64,000 bases of DNA from an uncultured Gemmatimonadales bacterium (GCA_963793305.1 CAWBZV010000005.1:672001-736000), one strand, 5' to 3'. Positions 9,470 to 22,234 are shown, counted from the first letter of the stretch. The notes: generated by a model not told the origin, from the letters alone. Made by a program: numbers and translations.

Positions 9470-10155
9470 ACGACCTCGGGCAGCTCGGTGAGCGACGCGA
9501 TGCGCGCGGTCGGCGCGCAATCGTTCGGCGTCTCGCGCTCGGGCTCCGTCAGCCAACACGTACAGAGTCCCAGCGTGCGCGCGGGCCGAATGTCGGCGTC
9601 GAGATTGTCGCCGACGATCCACGCCGCGCCGGGCTCGACATCGAGCGCGGCCAACGTCGCGTTGAAGATCTCCGGATCGGGCTTCGACGTGCCGAGCACG
9701 CCCGAGTCCGACACCGTCTGGAAGTAGTTCGTGAGGCCGAGCTCCGCGAGACAGCACGACAAATTGCCGGTGAAATTCGAGACGATGCCGAGTCGATACC
9801 GATCCGCCAGACTGGAGAGCACGCGCGCGTTCCGTTCGGTCGTGCGCACGGCGTCGCGGTGAAAACGATCCGCGACCTCGGTGAAGTCGATAGTGGCGCC
9901 GTCGGGTACCATCTCCTGCAGCAGCTGCGCTTGGGCATCGATCATTGCGCGAAATCCGAGACGCCGAATATCCGGCCGTCTCTCGAGTGCACGATCAGAT
10001 GCTCGGAAGACCGTCTCAAAGTTCCCGGAATCCAGGGAGCCGCCGAGTCCCCTATAGGCCGCGTGGAAGCGAGTGCTCCACCTCAGGCCGTCAGCGTCGA
10101 GCGTTCCGCCAAAGTCGAAGAGTACCGCGCGAACAGGGGTGGCTGATTGCACCAC
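9457..10155 (-). CDS. HAD-superfamily hydrolase
   Basis: FDFGGTLD, VSN, KPDPEIF, VGDNLDAD. Confidence 0.9.
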   Translation of the reverse strand: MVQSATPVRAVLFDFGGTLDADGLRWSTRFHAAYRGLGGSLDSGNFETVFRASDRALERRPDIRRLGFRAMIDAQAQLLQEMVPDGATIDFTEVADRFHRDAVRTTERNARVLSSLADRYRLGIVSNFTGNLSCCLAELGLTNYFQTVSDSGVLGTSKPDPEIFNATLAALDVEPGAAWIVGDNLDADIRPARTLGLCTCWLTEPERETPNDCAPTARIASLTELPEVVCTA

Positions 10156-10195
10156 GTACTGTATCGCTCAGGTAACGAGGCGGCAAGCCGAAATG

Positions 10196-11923
<1,728 letters not shown>

Positions 11924-11984
11924 GACGTTCCCCAGGGTATAACGCGTATACTATCCCCGCCAGATCACCTCCCAGAGTCGCCAC

Positions 11985-12428
11985 GTGAACACTATCCTCA
12001 TCCTCGCCGCCGCCGCGGCCGGCGGGCTCTTGGCGGTACAAGTTGCCGCCAATAGCGCGCTCGGCATCCACCTCGGACGGCCTGCCGGCGCGACGCTAGT
12101 GTCGTTCCTCGTGGGTTCGGCCGGCCTCGTGCTGTATATGCTGGTCATCCGCGAGCCTCCTCCGGCGGTCAAAGCCCTGGCCCAGACACCTTGGTGGGCG
12201 CTGATGGGTGGCCTTTTGGGCGCGGCGTACGTGATGGCGACTGTTGTCGTCACGCCACGCCTCGGACCAGGCCTCACCTTGGGCGCGGTCGTCGCCGGTC
12301 AGATGGTCGTCGCGCTGGCCCTGGAGCAGGCGGGCGCGTTGGACGTCGCCCGCCATCCGATCACGCTGGGGAGGGTTCTTGGTGTGTTGCTGGTCGTTGC
12401 CGGGGTGGTGTTGCTCCGCAAGACGTAG
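11985..12428 (+). CDS. DMT-family small transporter (YdcZ/DUF606-like)
   Basis: GGLLAVQVAANSAL, PWWALMGGLLGA, AGQM. Confidence 0.85.
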   Translation: MNTILILAAAAAGGLLAVQVAANSALGIHLGRPAGATLVSFLVGSAGLVLYMLVIREPPPAVKALAQTPWWALMGGLLGAAYVMATVVVTPRLGPGLTLGAVVAGQMVVALALEQAGALDVARHPITLGRVLGVLLVVAGVVLLRKT

Positions 12429-13554
12429 CGCGCGCCGGTGCCATCGCAATGGACGCCTCGGCACCCCGCTTCAGCGTGATCCGAGTCACCTCCGGCTGAG
12501 CGCCGAGACGGAAAGGCAACCCCCAGTAACCCGTGCCGGGGTGGATATACAGCATGCTGTTTCCGTCGCGGTGAACGCCCATGGCCCGCGTCTGGAACGG
12601 ACTGGCCAGGCTCCAGCCGAGTTGGGGTATGGCGAACTGGCCCCAGTGCGTGTGCCCGCTGAGCGTGAGCGCCACACCTCGCTCTGCCAGTGCCGGCCAG
12701 AGCGCCGGATTGTGCGCCAACGCGATGATGGTAGTCCCGGGGTCGATCCCCTCGAGGGTTCGGCCGATATCCGGCGCCGCGTTGCCCATGCGCCGGCCGG
12801 CCGGATCACCTGTTCCCGCTATAGCGATGCGCGCCGAGCCTCGATCGAGAATGGCCGCCGAGTTCACGAGGACCGTGGCGGGGAGGCGCGAGCGCAGCGA
12901 GCGCTCAACCTGATCCCACCCGGCGTAGATATCGTGATTCCCAGGGATGGCGTACACGCCGAGCGGCGCCCGGAGTGTGCCCAACCCCTCGGCGAATGCC
13001 GAGACGTCCTCGGCCCGATCGTCGATGAGATCCCCGGTAATCGCGATAATGTCCGCGCCGAGCCCGGCGACAGTGCGAGTGACACGCCGGAGGAACGCCT
13101 GTGACGTCTGCGGCCCCACGTGCAAATCGGAGATCTGCGCGATCGTGAGCCCGTCGAACTCGCTCGGGAGGTTCGGCACCGAGACGCGAACGTCGCGGAC
13201 GACGAGCAGCTTGCTCCCGACATACCCGAAGGCGAACAGGACCAGCAGGACGCCCAGCACGATCGTCGCCGCAATGCGACCACCAGCCATGGGCGCCCCG
13301 ACGATCGCCCCGATGCCGAGCCCGACGATGCCCGCCACGCTCACCAGCGGCAGCGCGAGTTGGACGTAGAGTACGGGCCGCACCACGAACAGCCGAAAGG
13401 CCGCGGTCGGGTACCTCCGCCATCCGCGTCTGGCGTAGAACGCGACGAGCGGAGCCGTCGTCAGGACTGCCACGGCCAGCACCCACCATCGCCCCCCGGG
13501 AACCAAAAGGGCGATAACTGACCAACAGAAGATGTCGTAGATGAACGCTCGCAT
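12361..13554 (-). CDS. Membrane-anchored metallophosphoesterase (YkuE/YaeI-like)
   Basis: SDLH, TGDLID, GNHD, LAHNP, SGHTHWGQ; N-terminal TMs. Confidence 0.9.
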   Translation of the reverse strand: MRAFIYDIFCWSVIALLVPGGRWWVLAVAVLTTAPLVAFYARRGWRRYPTAAFRLFVVRPVLYVQLALPLVSVAGIVGLGIGAIVGAPMAGGRIAATIVLGVLLVLFAFGYVGSKLLVVRDVRVSVPNLPSEFDGLTIAQISDLHVGPQTSQAFLRRVTRTVAGLGADIIAITGDLIDDRAEDVSAFAEGLGTLRAPLGVYAIPGNHDIYAGWDQVERSLRSRLPATVLVNSAAILDRGSARIAIAGTGDPAGRRMGNAAPDIGRTLEGIDPGTTIIALAHNPALWPALAERGVALTLSGHTHWGQFAIPQLGWSLASPFQTRAMGVHRDGNSMLYIHPGTGYWGLPFRLGAQPEVTRITLKRGAEASIAMAPARATSCGATPPRQRPATHQEPSPA

Positions 13555-13558
13555 TTGG

Positions 13559-13564
13559 TAGATT
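13559..13564 (+). promoter_or_regulatory. -10 box (TAGATT) of a probable leaderless promoter
   Basis: 7 nt upstream of ATG 13572; only 17 bp separate the divergent start codons. Confidence 0.55.
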
Positions 13565-13571
13565 TGATTTT

Positions 13572-14192
13572 ATGGTCTCTATCGCCGAACGCGTGAAAGG
13601 CATCCTGCTGCACCCGCGCGGCACGTGGGCCACGATCGACACAGAACAGACGACGACCCGGGCGCTGTACCTCCATTACATCGCGCCACTCGCCGGACTT
13701 TCGGCCCTTGCACGGCTAATCGGCGTGGCGTTCGTCGGGTTCCCGGTCATCGCCCGCCCACCGTTCTGGCAGGTGCTCGTCTGGGCCGCGCTCTACTTCC
13801 TGTTCGAGCTCCTCGCGGTCAACGTCATCGCGTTCGTCATAGACTGGCTTGGCCCGAGACTGGGGTGTCCCGAGTGCGAGGGGATACCGCGCCACATTCA
13901 AGCGCTGAAGGTCGCCACCTATGCCCGCACGCCGCTGTGGATCGCCGGACTCGCCCTGATCGTTCCCACGACCGAGGTCGTCGCCATCGCGATCGGCGCT
14001 CTCTACTCCGTCTACTTGCTCTGTCTCGGCCTTCCGGAGTTAATGAAGGCACCGAAGCATCGGGTCCCCGTATACGCAATGGTAACGGTCGTTGCGGCCG
14101 CCGGGGTCTACGGGCTCCTCCGGATACTCGTGAACACGATTCTTGCGATGGCGTTTGGGTTCGCCGTCGACGCTCGGGACTACACGTCATGA
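13572..14192 (+). CDS. Yip1-family membrane protein
   Basis: ERVKGILLHP..W..I, ALKVATYARTP.W, YLLCLGLPELMKAP. Confidence 0.85.
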   Translation: MVSIAERVKGILLHPRGTWATIDTEQTTTRALYLHYIAPLAGLSALARLIGVAFVGFPVIARPPFWQVLVWAALYFLFELLAVNVIAFVIDWLGPRLGCPECEGIPRHIQALKVATYARTPLWIAGLALIVPTTEVVAIAIGALYSVYLLCLGLPELMKAPKHRVPVYAMVTVVAAAGVYGLLRILVNTILAMAFGFAVDARDYTS

Positions 14193-15095
14193 ATACAAGA
14201 CCGCTCGGTAACTCCGATCTTCATATCACGCCGCTCGGCTTCGGCGCCTGGGCGGTCGGTGGCGCCTGGCAATTCGGTTGGGGACAGCAAGACGATAACG
14301 ACTCCATCAGCGCGATAGAGCGTGCACTGGATCTCGGCATCAACTGGATCGACACGGCGGCCGTATATGGCCTCGGCCACTCCGAGGAAGTCGTCGCGCG
14401 CGCGCTCGTGGGTCGCGCGAAGCGTCCGTACGTGTTCACGAAGTGCGGGCTCGTGTGGGATGCCCAGGGCAACACCACACGGTCCCTCGCATCAGTGCGG
14501 AGCGAGCTCGAATGCCAGTCTCCGTCGTCTCAAAACGGACGTCATCGATCTCTATCAGGTGCACTGGCCTCCGGCGAACCTGGCCGAGCTCGAGCCAGGC
14601 TTGGAAGCACTCGTCGAAGCGCAACGCCAAGGAAAAATCCGGCACATTGGCGTGTCGAACTTCAATGTGCCGCTCATGGAACGCGCCCGTCGCGTCGCGC
14701 CCATTGTGTCTTTGCAACCGCCTTACTCGATCATTCGTCGCGATATCGAGTCGGAGATTCTGCCGTACTGTCAACGAGAGCACATCGGCGTGATCGTGTA
14801 CTCGCCGATGGCGTCAGGGCTCTTGTCGGGTGCGATGACGCGCGAGCGTATTGCGAACCTGCCGGCCGATGACTGGCGGCGGCGGTCGTCGGCGTTCAAC
14901 GAGCCCAATCTTTCGCGCAACCTCGCGATCGTCGAGGAGCTCCGCGAGCTCGGTTCGCCGGGGGAAGTGGCCATCGCCTGGACACTGAAAAATCCGGCGG
15001 TCACGGCGGCGATCGTTGGCGCGCGGAACGCCGAGCAAGTCGACGGCTGGATCGGCGCGGCCGCGCTCGATCTTTCAAACGTCGCGGTCGTATGA
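14189..15095 (+). CDS. Aldo/keto reductase (apparent +1 frameshift near 14511-14513)
   Basis: LGFGAW, GINWIDTAAVYG in the first frame; SLRRLKTDVIDLYQVHWP, IGVSNF, YSPMASG in the second. Confidence 0.9.
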
Positions 15096-15559
15096 GTGCT
15101 TGGGCTTTGGCGCTGGCGCTCGCGCTCGCGCTCGCGCTCGCGGTGTCTCCGCCGCATCCAATGCCATCGCTCTCCCCCGGCCAGGTGGTCGAGATCGTGC
15201 TGACTGCGCTGCAGCACAACGACAACCCCCAGCCGGATGCGGGCATCGCGACGACCTTCGAGTTCGCCTCGCCCACCAATCGCCTGGAAACCGGTCCGCT
15301 GCAACGGTTCGCGTCAATGATCAAGAATCCCGCGTATCGCGTGATGCTCGGGTTCCGGAGCGTGACCAAGGGGCGGCTCGAGCTCGATGGGAATCACGCG
15401 CAGCAACGCGTCGTGATCGTCGGTCGGGATGGCTCGCAGGTCACCTATTTATTCTTGCTCTCGAAACAATCGGACGGTCCCTACGCGAACTGCTGGATGA
15501 CCGACGGCGTGATTCGGCAAAAGGACCCCGCGCTCCCGCCCGGCACGACGGCTACCTAG
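15092..15559 (+). CDS. DUF4864-like secreted protein
   Basis: Signal peptide; LTALQHND..FEFASP.NR..GP..RF..MI, WMTDGV. Confidence 0.7.
   Translation: MSAWALALALALALALAVSPPHPMPSLSPGQVVEIVLTALQHNDNPQPDAGIATTFEFASPTNRLETGPLQRFASMIKNPAYRVMLGFRSVTKGRLELDGNHAQQRVVIVGRDGSQVTYLFLLSKQSDGPYANCWMTDGVIRQKDPALPPGTTAT
15110..15142. repeat. Hexanucleotide microsatellite (GCGCTS)5 encoding an Ala-Leu run in a signal peptide
   Basis: GCGCTG then GCGCTC x4 then GCG. Confidence 0.7.
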
Positions 15560-15601
15560 CGTTACATGCTCGCGACGTACATCTGCTAACATGCGGGTCT
15601 C

Positions 15602-16976
15602 ATGACGGTCGCACCAGAAATCTTCCGTGAGTATGACATCCGCGGCTTGGTCGGCTCGGAGCTCGACGCCGACACGGCGCGCGACGTCGGCCGCGCCTTT
15701 GCCGTCTATCTCGACGACATCGGCGTTCACGGACCGATCGCGGTGGGGCGCGACAACCGGCCGAGCGGGGATGCCCTGCGCGACGCACTCGTTGCATCGC
15801 TCACCGAGTCTGGAGTCGATGTGATCGAACGTCGGGGTTGTGCCGACGCCGACGCTGTATTGGGCGCTCGAGAAACTCGGAGTCGGAGGCGGGGTCCAGA
15901 TCACCGCGTCTCACAATCCAGCGCCGTATAACGGGTTTAAGGTCTGCGTCGGTACGAACGCTCTCTACGGCGAGGACATTCAGAAGCTTCTGGTGCTCGT
16001 TGAAACGGGGAAGCGGGTCACCCCCAACACGCCAGGCTCGGTACGACAAGAGGCGATCCTCGACCGCTATCTCGACGATATCGTTTCCCGCATCGGCCCA
16101 TTGGCCCGCCCGTTGTCGATCGCGCTTGACTGCGCCAACGGCGTCGGCTCGCTCGTCGGCCCGCGCCTCATGGACCGCCTGGGCGTCAAGGTCACGCAGT
16201 GCTTGCTGTGCACGAGCGATGGCCGGTTCCCCAAGCGGCAGCCAGACCCGAGTCAAGCGAAAAACCTGGCCGATCTCCAACAAGCGGTTCGCGCCACATC
16301 CGCCCAGGTGGGTATCGCGCTTGACGGCGACGCGGATCGAATTGGCGTCGTCGACGAGCACGGCGAAATCGTCTGGGGCGACCGCGTGCTCGCGATCTAC
16401 GCCCGCAATGTGCTGGCACGGAATCCGGGCAAGCCCGTGATCTTCGACGTGAAGTGCTCCGAAGCACTGCCGCAAGCGATCACGGCGGCTGGCGGCAAGC
16501 CATTCATGTGGCGCACCGGACACTCGCTCATCTTGGCGAAGATGCACGAGATCCACGCGCCATTGGCCGGCGAGCTCTCGGGGCACATGTACATCGCCAA
16601 TGGCTACTACGGTTATGATGATGCTCTGTACGCCGCCGCCCGGCTGCTCTCGATCATGGCGTCGTCTGGTAAGACCATCACCGAGCTGCTCGCTGGCGTT
16701 CCGGTCTACCCGTCCACGGACGAGATTCGCGTCGATTGCCCGGACGACAAGAAGTTTGGCATCGTGGCCAACGCGGTCACCCACTGGCAAGCGAATCACA
16801 CGGTGATCAACGTCGACGGCGCGCGCGTGTTGTTCAATGGCGGCTGGGGCTTGATCAGAGCGTCGAACACGCAACCCGCACTGGTGCTGCGATTCGAGGC
16901 GCACACGCAGCAAGAGCTCACGTCGATACAGAACGAAATGCAAGGCTGGCTCCGCCAACAGGGTGTCGCCATCTAA
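15602..16976 (+). CDS. Phosphomannomutase/phosphoglucomutase (apparent +1 frameshift at 15828-15829)
   Basis: IFREYDIRG, VGRDNRPS; ITASHNP, DGDADR, GELSGH, IRASNTQP. Confidence 0.92.
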
Positions 16977-17437
16977 TGCGGATTGCCGTCGCCTCCGACC
17001 ACGCGGGGTACAACATCAAGGTCAATGTGGCCACGGCGCTTCGCGCTGCCGGTCACAATGTCACCGACTTGGGCACGTATGACGAGACCCCGGTCGACTA
17101 TCCAGACTACGCCGAAAAAATCGGGACGGCGATCGTAGGGCAGACGGTAGAGCGCGGCGTCTTAGTGTGCGGCAGCGGTGTCGGCGCGTCGGTGGCCGCG
17201 AATAAGATTCCGGGAGTCAGAGCCGGCCTCTGCCACGACACCTACTCCGCACACCAAGGCGTGGAGCACGATGACATGAACGTCCTCGTGCTCGGCGGCC
17301 GCGTGATCGGAACCGAGGTCGCCAAGGAGCTGGCCCGCACGTTCGTGTCCGCGCGCTACACGCACGAGGAACGCCACGAACGCCGGCTGGCGAAAGTACG
17401 AGCTATCGAGACGCACTATCTTCGGGAGATGACATGA
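16976..17437 (+). CDS. rpiB: Ribose-5-phosphate isomerase B
   Basis: SDHAG, DYPD, CGSGVG, ANKIPGVRA, RHERR; ATG 16976 overlaps upstream TAA. Confidence 0.95.
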   Translation: MRIAVASDHAGYNIKVNVATALRAAGHNVTDLGTYDETPVDYPDYAEKIGTAIVGQTVERGVLVCGSGVGASVAANKIPGVRAGLCHDTYSAHQGVEHDDMNVLVLGGRVIGTEVAKELARTFVSARYTHEERHERRLAKVRAIETHYLREMT

Positions 17438-19125
17438 CGACTGTGACGGCCCTGTCGGCCGATCTGGGATCCTACACGGAGCCGGTGGGGAAGACGCTGG
17501 CGCGCGCACATTCGGAGCAGATCCTGGCCCGCATCAATCGCGGCGACTACACCGTTTGGAAACCCCAGCCCACCGAAATCACCAACCGACTCGGCTGGCT
17601 CACGATCGCCGATCGGATGCGCGATGAGATTCCCGCCATTCGAAAGGTCGTCGAGGCGGTCCGCAAAGACGGCTATACCCACGCGCTATTGCTCGGCATG
17701 GGCGGCTCGAGCCTGGCGCCAGAAGTGTTTCACAAAGTCTTCGGCACAAAGGCCGGCTATCTGGACCTCCACGTGCTCGACAGCACGGACCCCGACGCGG
17801 TCACCGCGGCGATTGCTCCGCTGGATCTTGCGAAAACTCTCTTCATCGTCTCCACGAAATCCGGTGGAACCGTCGAGACGTTCTCGTTCTTCAGAACGTG
17901 CTATCGCCGCGTCATAGCTGCCCTCGGCGCCGAACACACCGGGGAGCACTTCATTGCCATTACCGACCCGGGGAGCGCCCTCGCGGACACGGCCAGCAAA
18001 TATCGCTTCCGCGCGACATTCTTGAACGACCCGAACATCGGCGGCCGATACTCGGCGTTGTCGCATTTCGGCTTGGTGCCAGCCGCACTCGTCGGCGTCG
18101 ATCTCAACAAGCTGCTCGACAGCGCAGTCAAGGCCGAGGGCGACCAAGAGAGCGCCTTGGAGCTCGGCGCGATCATGGGTGAGCTCGCCGTCGCTGGCCG
18201 CGACAAATTGACATTTATCTGCTCGCCGGGCATCGCCGCGTGGGGCTCATGGGTCGAGCAACTCGTGGCCGAAAGCACGGGCAAAGAAGACAAGGGCATC
18301 CTCCCGGTCGCCGACGAACCGATTGGCGCACCTGGTGTCTACGGGAACGATCGTCTGTTCGTCTCGTTGCGCCTCGCGCGTGAGACGTTGAGCGACGCCG
18401 CGTTGGCCGCGCTGCGCGCCGCCGGTCAGCCCGTCGTGCAGATCGATCTCGCCGATCCGTACGATTTGGGTGGCGAGTTCTTCCGCTGGGAGCTCGCGAC
18501 TGCCATCGCCGGCTGGCGCCTCGGTATCAACCCATTCGATCAGCCGAACGTCGAGGCCGCGAAACAGCTCGCCCGCCTGATGGTCGATACGTATCAGAAA
18601 AGCGGCGCCCTGCCGACGTTGACGCCGAATGTGACGATCGATGGCCTGGCCCTGTACGCGACCAGCCCGGACCTCACCGATGCATCCCAAGTCATATCGG
18701 GTTTCGAGGGCGCGATCAAACCCGGCGATTATCTCGCCATCCAAGCGTGGATCGCGCCGACGACAGAATCGACGGCATCACTGGCGCGCATGCGCGTAGC
18801 GCTGCGCGACCATTATAAAGTGGCGACCACACTCGGCTACGGCCCACGGTTCCTGCACTCGACCGGTCAGTTGCACAAAGGTGACGGGGGCCATGGCGTG
18901 TTCCTGCAGATCGTCACGCCGCCACCCGCACCGGCGAACGATGTGCCGATTCCCGAGACGGCCGACGCCGACACGTCGAACATCACGTTCGGAGTGCTGA
19001 AAGAGGCCCAAGCGCTCGGCGATCGGCGCGCGCTGCTGGACCGTGGCCGGCGTGTCCTGAGAGTCGATGTCCCGCGCGATGCAACTGCGAAGGGCTTGCA
19101 GCAACTGGCGACTCTGCTCTCGTGA
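17434..19125 (+). CDS. pgi: Glucose-6-phosphate isomerase (type seen in Tal/Pgi fusions, here without the Tal domain)
   Basis: GMGGSSL, STKSGGTVET, IGGRYSALS, QLVAESTGK, NPFDQPNVEAAK, GPRFLHSTGQLHKG. Confidence 0.9.
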   Translation: MTTVTALSADLGSYTEPVGKTLARAHSEQILARINRGDYTVWKPQPTEITNRLGWLTIADRMRDEIPAIRKVVEAVRKDGYTHALLLGMGGSSLAPEVFHKVFGTKAGYLDLHVLDSTDPDAVTAAIAPLDLAKTLFIVSTKSGGTVETFSFFRTCYRRVIAALGAEHTGEHFIAITDPGSALADTASKYRFRATFLNDPNIGGRYSALSHFGLVPAALVGVDLNKLLDSAVKAEGDQESALELGAIMGELAVAGRDKLTFICSPGIAAWGSWVEQLVAESTGKEDKGILPVADEPIGAPGVYGNDRLFVSLRLARETLSDAALAALRAAGQPVVQIDLADPYDLGGEFFRWELATAIAGWRLGINPFDQPNVEAAKQLARLMVDTYQKSGALPTLTPNVTIDGLALYATSPDLTDASQVISGFEGAIKPGDYLAIQAWIAPTTESTASLARMRVALRDHYKVATTLGYGPRFLHSTGQLHKGDGGHGVFLQIVTPPPAPANDVPIPETADADTSNITFGVLKEAQALGDRRALLDRGRRVLRVDVPRDATAKGLQQLATLLS

Positions 19126-19811
19126 TCCGCGCCATCATCTTCGACCTCGATGGCACGCTCGTGCAAACGGAAGCCCTCAAGGCCATCTCGTATGCCCGCG
19201 CGGCCAAGCGGTTGAAGCCAGCACTCGACGAAGATGAAATCGTCAGGCGATACGACGACATGATCGGTCGATCGCGCAACGAGGTAGCCGAAGCGTTGGT
19301 CGAGCGATTTGGGCTGAACGTGACATGGCAGGGGTTGATCGACATTCGCATGAAGATCTACGACGACATGCTGGCCGACCCGGGCTTGCTCAAACAACAA
19401 GAATATCCGTACGCGACCGCTCTTCTGCGAAAGGTCAAGGGGATGGGCTATCCAACCGGGCTGTGCACAATGTCCTACGCCCCGGAGACCGCGGTCGTGC
19501 TGAAAACGCTCGACATCGGCCAGTACCTGGATGTGGTCGTTACACGAGACCAGGTATCGAAGCCAAAGCCGGATCCGGAGATCTACCGCCTGGCCGCCAC
19601 CAAGCTCAATGTTCAGCCAGCCGAGTGTCTCGTAGTCGAGGACTCGGAGCCGGGCGTCGATTCCGCGATCGCGGCCGGGACGCAGTGCGTGGTGGTGCCG
19701 AGCGACTTGACCCGGGAACGGGTGCTGGCCCACGCGCCGCTCAAAGGCGAGGTGATCGTGAATGACCCCGCCGATCTCGATCGCATAGTCATGACACTAC
19801 TGGGGAGATAA
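19122..19811 (+). CDS. HAD phosphatase (beta-PGM/CbbY-like)
   Basis: FDLDGTLV, KPDPEIY, VEDSEPG. Confidence 0.88.
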   Translation: MIRAIIFDLDGTLVQTEALKAISYARAAKRLKPALDEDEIVRRYDDMIGRSRNEVAEALVERFGLNVTWQGLIDIRMKIYDDMLADPGLLKQQEYPYATALLRKVKGMGYPTGLCTMSYAPETAVVLKTLDIGQYLDVVVTRDQVSKPKPDPEIYRLAATKLNVQPAECLVVEDSEPGVDSAIAAGTQCVVVPSDLTRERVLAHAPLKGEVIVNDPADLDRIVMTLLGR

Positions 19812-19818
19812 CGCACCA

Positions 19819-20733
19819 ATGCAATTAGGGATGATCGGGCTGGGGAAGATGGGCGCGAATATGACGACCCGGCTCGTGAAAGGTGGTCACACGATCGTCG
19901 TCTACGATCGCGACGCGCACGCGATTTCAACGTCCGTCTCCGGTGGCGCGACCGGGTCTTCCACGCTCGCCGACTTGGTCGCGAAGCTCACGCCGCCGCG
20001 TGCCGTGTGGATCATGGTGCCGGCCGGTGACCCCACCGAATCCACGGTCCGCGAATTGGCCAAGTTACTGTCCAAAGGCGACACGATAATCGACGGCGGC
20101 AATAGCAATTACAAAGACGACATGCGCCGCCAAGTTGAGTTGAACCCGCTCGGCCTCCACTACGTGGATGTCGGCACGAGCGGTGGTATCTGGGGCTTGA
20201 AAGAGGGCTATAGTCTCATGGTCGGCGGCGATAAGGCAGCCGTCGAGCGCCTGCGCCCAATTTTCGAGACGCTTGCCCCCGCCAAGGACCAGGGTTGGGG
20301 TCGCATGGGCCCAACGGGATCTGGCCATTTCGTGAAGATGATCCACAATGGCATCGAGTACGGCCTCATGCAGGCGTATGCCGAAGGGTTCGCCATTATG
20401 GAGGCAAAGAAAGAATTTGCGCTGGATGTCGCGCAGATCGCGGAGGTCTGGCGCTATGGATCGGTGGTGCGGTCCTGGCTGCTCGATCTCGCGGCCAACG
20501 CGCTCAAAGAAAACCCGACGCTGAAAGGCATTGCGCCGTACGTCGTCGATTCCGGCGAGGGACGCTGGACGGTGGCCGAGGCCATCGACCTCAATGTTCC
20601 GGCGCCGATCATTACCCAATCGTTGATCGAGCGGCTCCGGTCGCGCGATGACGATTCCTACAGCGACAAGATGCTGGCCGCACTGCGCAACCAGTTCGGT
20701 GGGCACGCCATCAAAACCGAGGCCGCCTCGTGA
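19819..20733 (+). CDS. gnd: Decarboxylating 6-phosphogluconate dehydrogenase (short form)
   Basis: IGLGKMG, IDGGNS, GTSGG, HFVKMIHNGIEYG, LRNQFGGH. Confidence 0.95.
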   Translation: MQLGMIGLGKMGANMTTRLVKGGHTIVVYDRDAHAISTSVSGGATGSSTLADLVAKLTPPRAVWIMVPAGDPTESTVRELAKLLSKGDTIIDGGNSNYKDDMRRQVELNPLGLHYVDVGTSGGIWGLKEGYSLMVGGDKAAVERLRPIFETLAPAKDQGWGRMGPTGSGHFVKMIHNGIEYGLMQAYAEGFAIMEAKKEFALDVAQIAEVWRYGSVVRSWLLDLAANALKENPTLKGIAPYVVDSGEGRWTVAEAIDLNVPAPIITQSLIERLRSRDDDSYSDKMLAALRNQFGGHAIKTEAAS

Positions 20734-22230
20734 GTCAACCGACCGTCGATCCGAGCATATTCGTCGTCTTCGGCGCCACGGGCGATCTGGCGCACCGCAA
20801 GATTCTGCCCGCGCTGTATCAGCTGCACAAGCACAACCTGATCGGGCCCAAGAATCTGATCCTCGGCATCGGGCGCGACACCGATACCGACGACGCCAAA
20901 TTTCGCGCCGATATCAAGGGCTCGCTCACGGGCCCCGACACCTCGGCCAATGACCTCCAGGCGTGGCTCGACTCCGTGCTCTTCTATCAAGGTATCGGCG
21001 CGTCGACGCCGGCGGATTTCCAAGCACTCAAGACGCGGCTCGAGACGCTGGAGCGCGATCATGGCCTCCCAGGGAATCGCGCCTTTTATCTCTCACTGCC
21101 GCCGACGGCTTTCCCGTCGACCATCGCGGGACTCGGTGCAGCGGGGCTCAACCAGAGCGCGGGCTGGACGCGAGTGGTGATCGAAAAGCCATTCGGCCGC
21201 GATCTCGAGTCGGCGCGCGAGCTGAACCGCCTGGTGCATCAGTTCTTCGACGAATCCCAGGTCTATCGCATCGATCACTATCTGGGCAAAGAGACCGTCC
21301 AGAACCTGTTGGTGTTCCGATTCGCCAACGCAATGTTCGAGTCGCTGTGGAATCGCGACCATATCGAAAGCGTGGAGATCACGGTCGCCGAGGAGCTGGG
21401 TGTCGAACAGCGCGCCGACTACTACGAACACGCGGGCGCGTTGCGTGACATGGTCCAGTCGCACTTGACGCAGCTCTTCGCCCTCGTCGCCATGGAAGTG
21501 CCGACGGCGTTCGAAGCCTCGGCCATCCGCGACGAGAAGATCAAAGTCTTGCGCTCGATCGCGCCACTCGGCCCGCGCGACGCGGTGCGTGGACAGTACG
21601 TGGCCGGCGAGATTGACGGCAAGCCGGTGGTTGGCTATCGCACCGAGCCTGGCGTGGCCCAGCGGTCGAACACCGAGACGTTCGTCGCGCTCAAGCTGAG
21701 TCTCGACACCTGGCGGTGGCAGGGCGTCCCGTTCTATCTCCGGACGGGCAAGCGCATGGCACGCCGACTCACGGAAATCCGCGTGCGCTTCCGCCAGGCG
21801 CCCGTCTGGATGTTCCGCGCGCTGTCCGGATCGCAGCCAACGGCCAACACGCTGGTGATTACGCTGCAGCCCAACGAGGGCTTCCGCTTGTACTTCAACG
21901 TCAAGGCGCCCGGCGAGCCATTTCGTCTACAGCGTCTCACGCTGCACTTCGATTACGGCGAGGAGTTCAAGTTCTTGCCGGAAGCGTATCAAACGTTGCT
22001 GCTCGAACGTCCTGCGCGGCGATCAGACGCTGTTCGTGCACGCCGACGAGGTCGAAGCGTCGTGGCGTGTCTATGCGCCGCTGCTGGCGCTCAAGGACAC
22101 GCCGTACTTCTACGAGGCCGGCACGTGGGGCCCGCCGCAGGCCGCCACCGTAATACCAGAGCGTGAGCCACGGGAGAAGTACACGACCGAAGGAGCAGCA
22201 ACGGGAGCGGGAGCCGGTGCCGCCGCTTGA
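20730..22230 (+). CDS. zwf: Glucose-6-phosphate 1-dehydrogenase (apparent +1 frameshift at 22006-22007)
   Basis: [36 protein letters not shown]-terminus [21 protein letters not shown] in the shifted frame. Confidence 0.93.
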
Positions 22231-22234
22231 GCCA

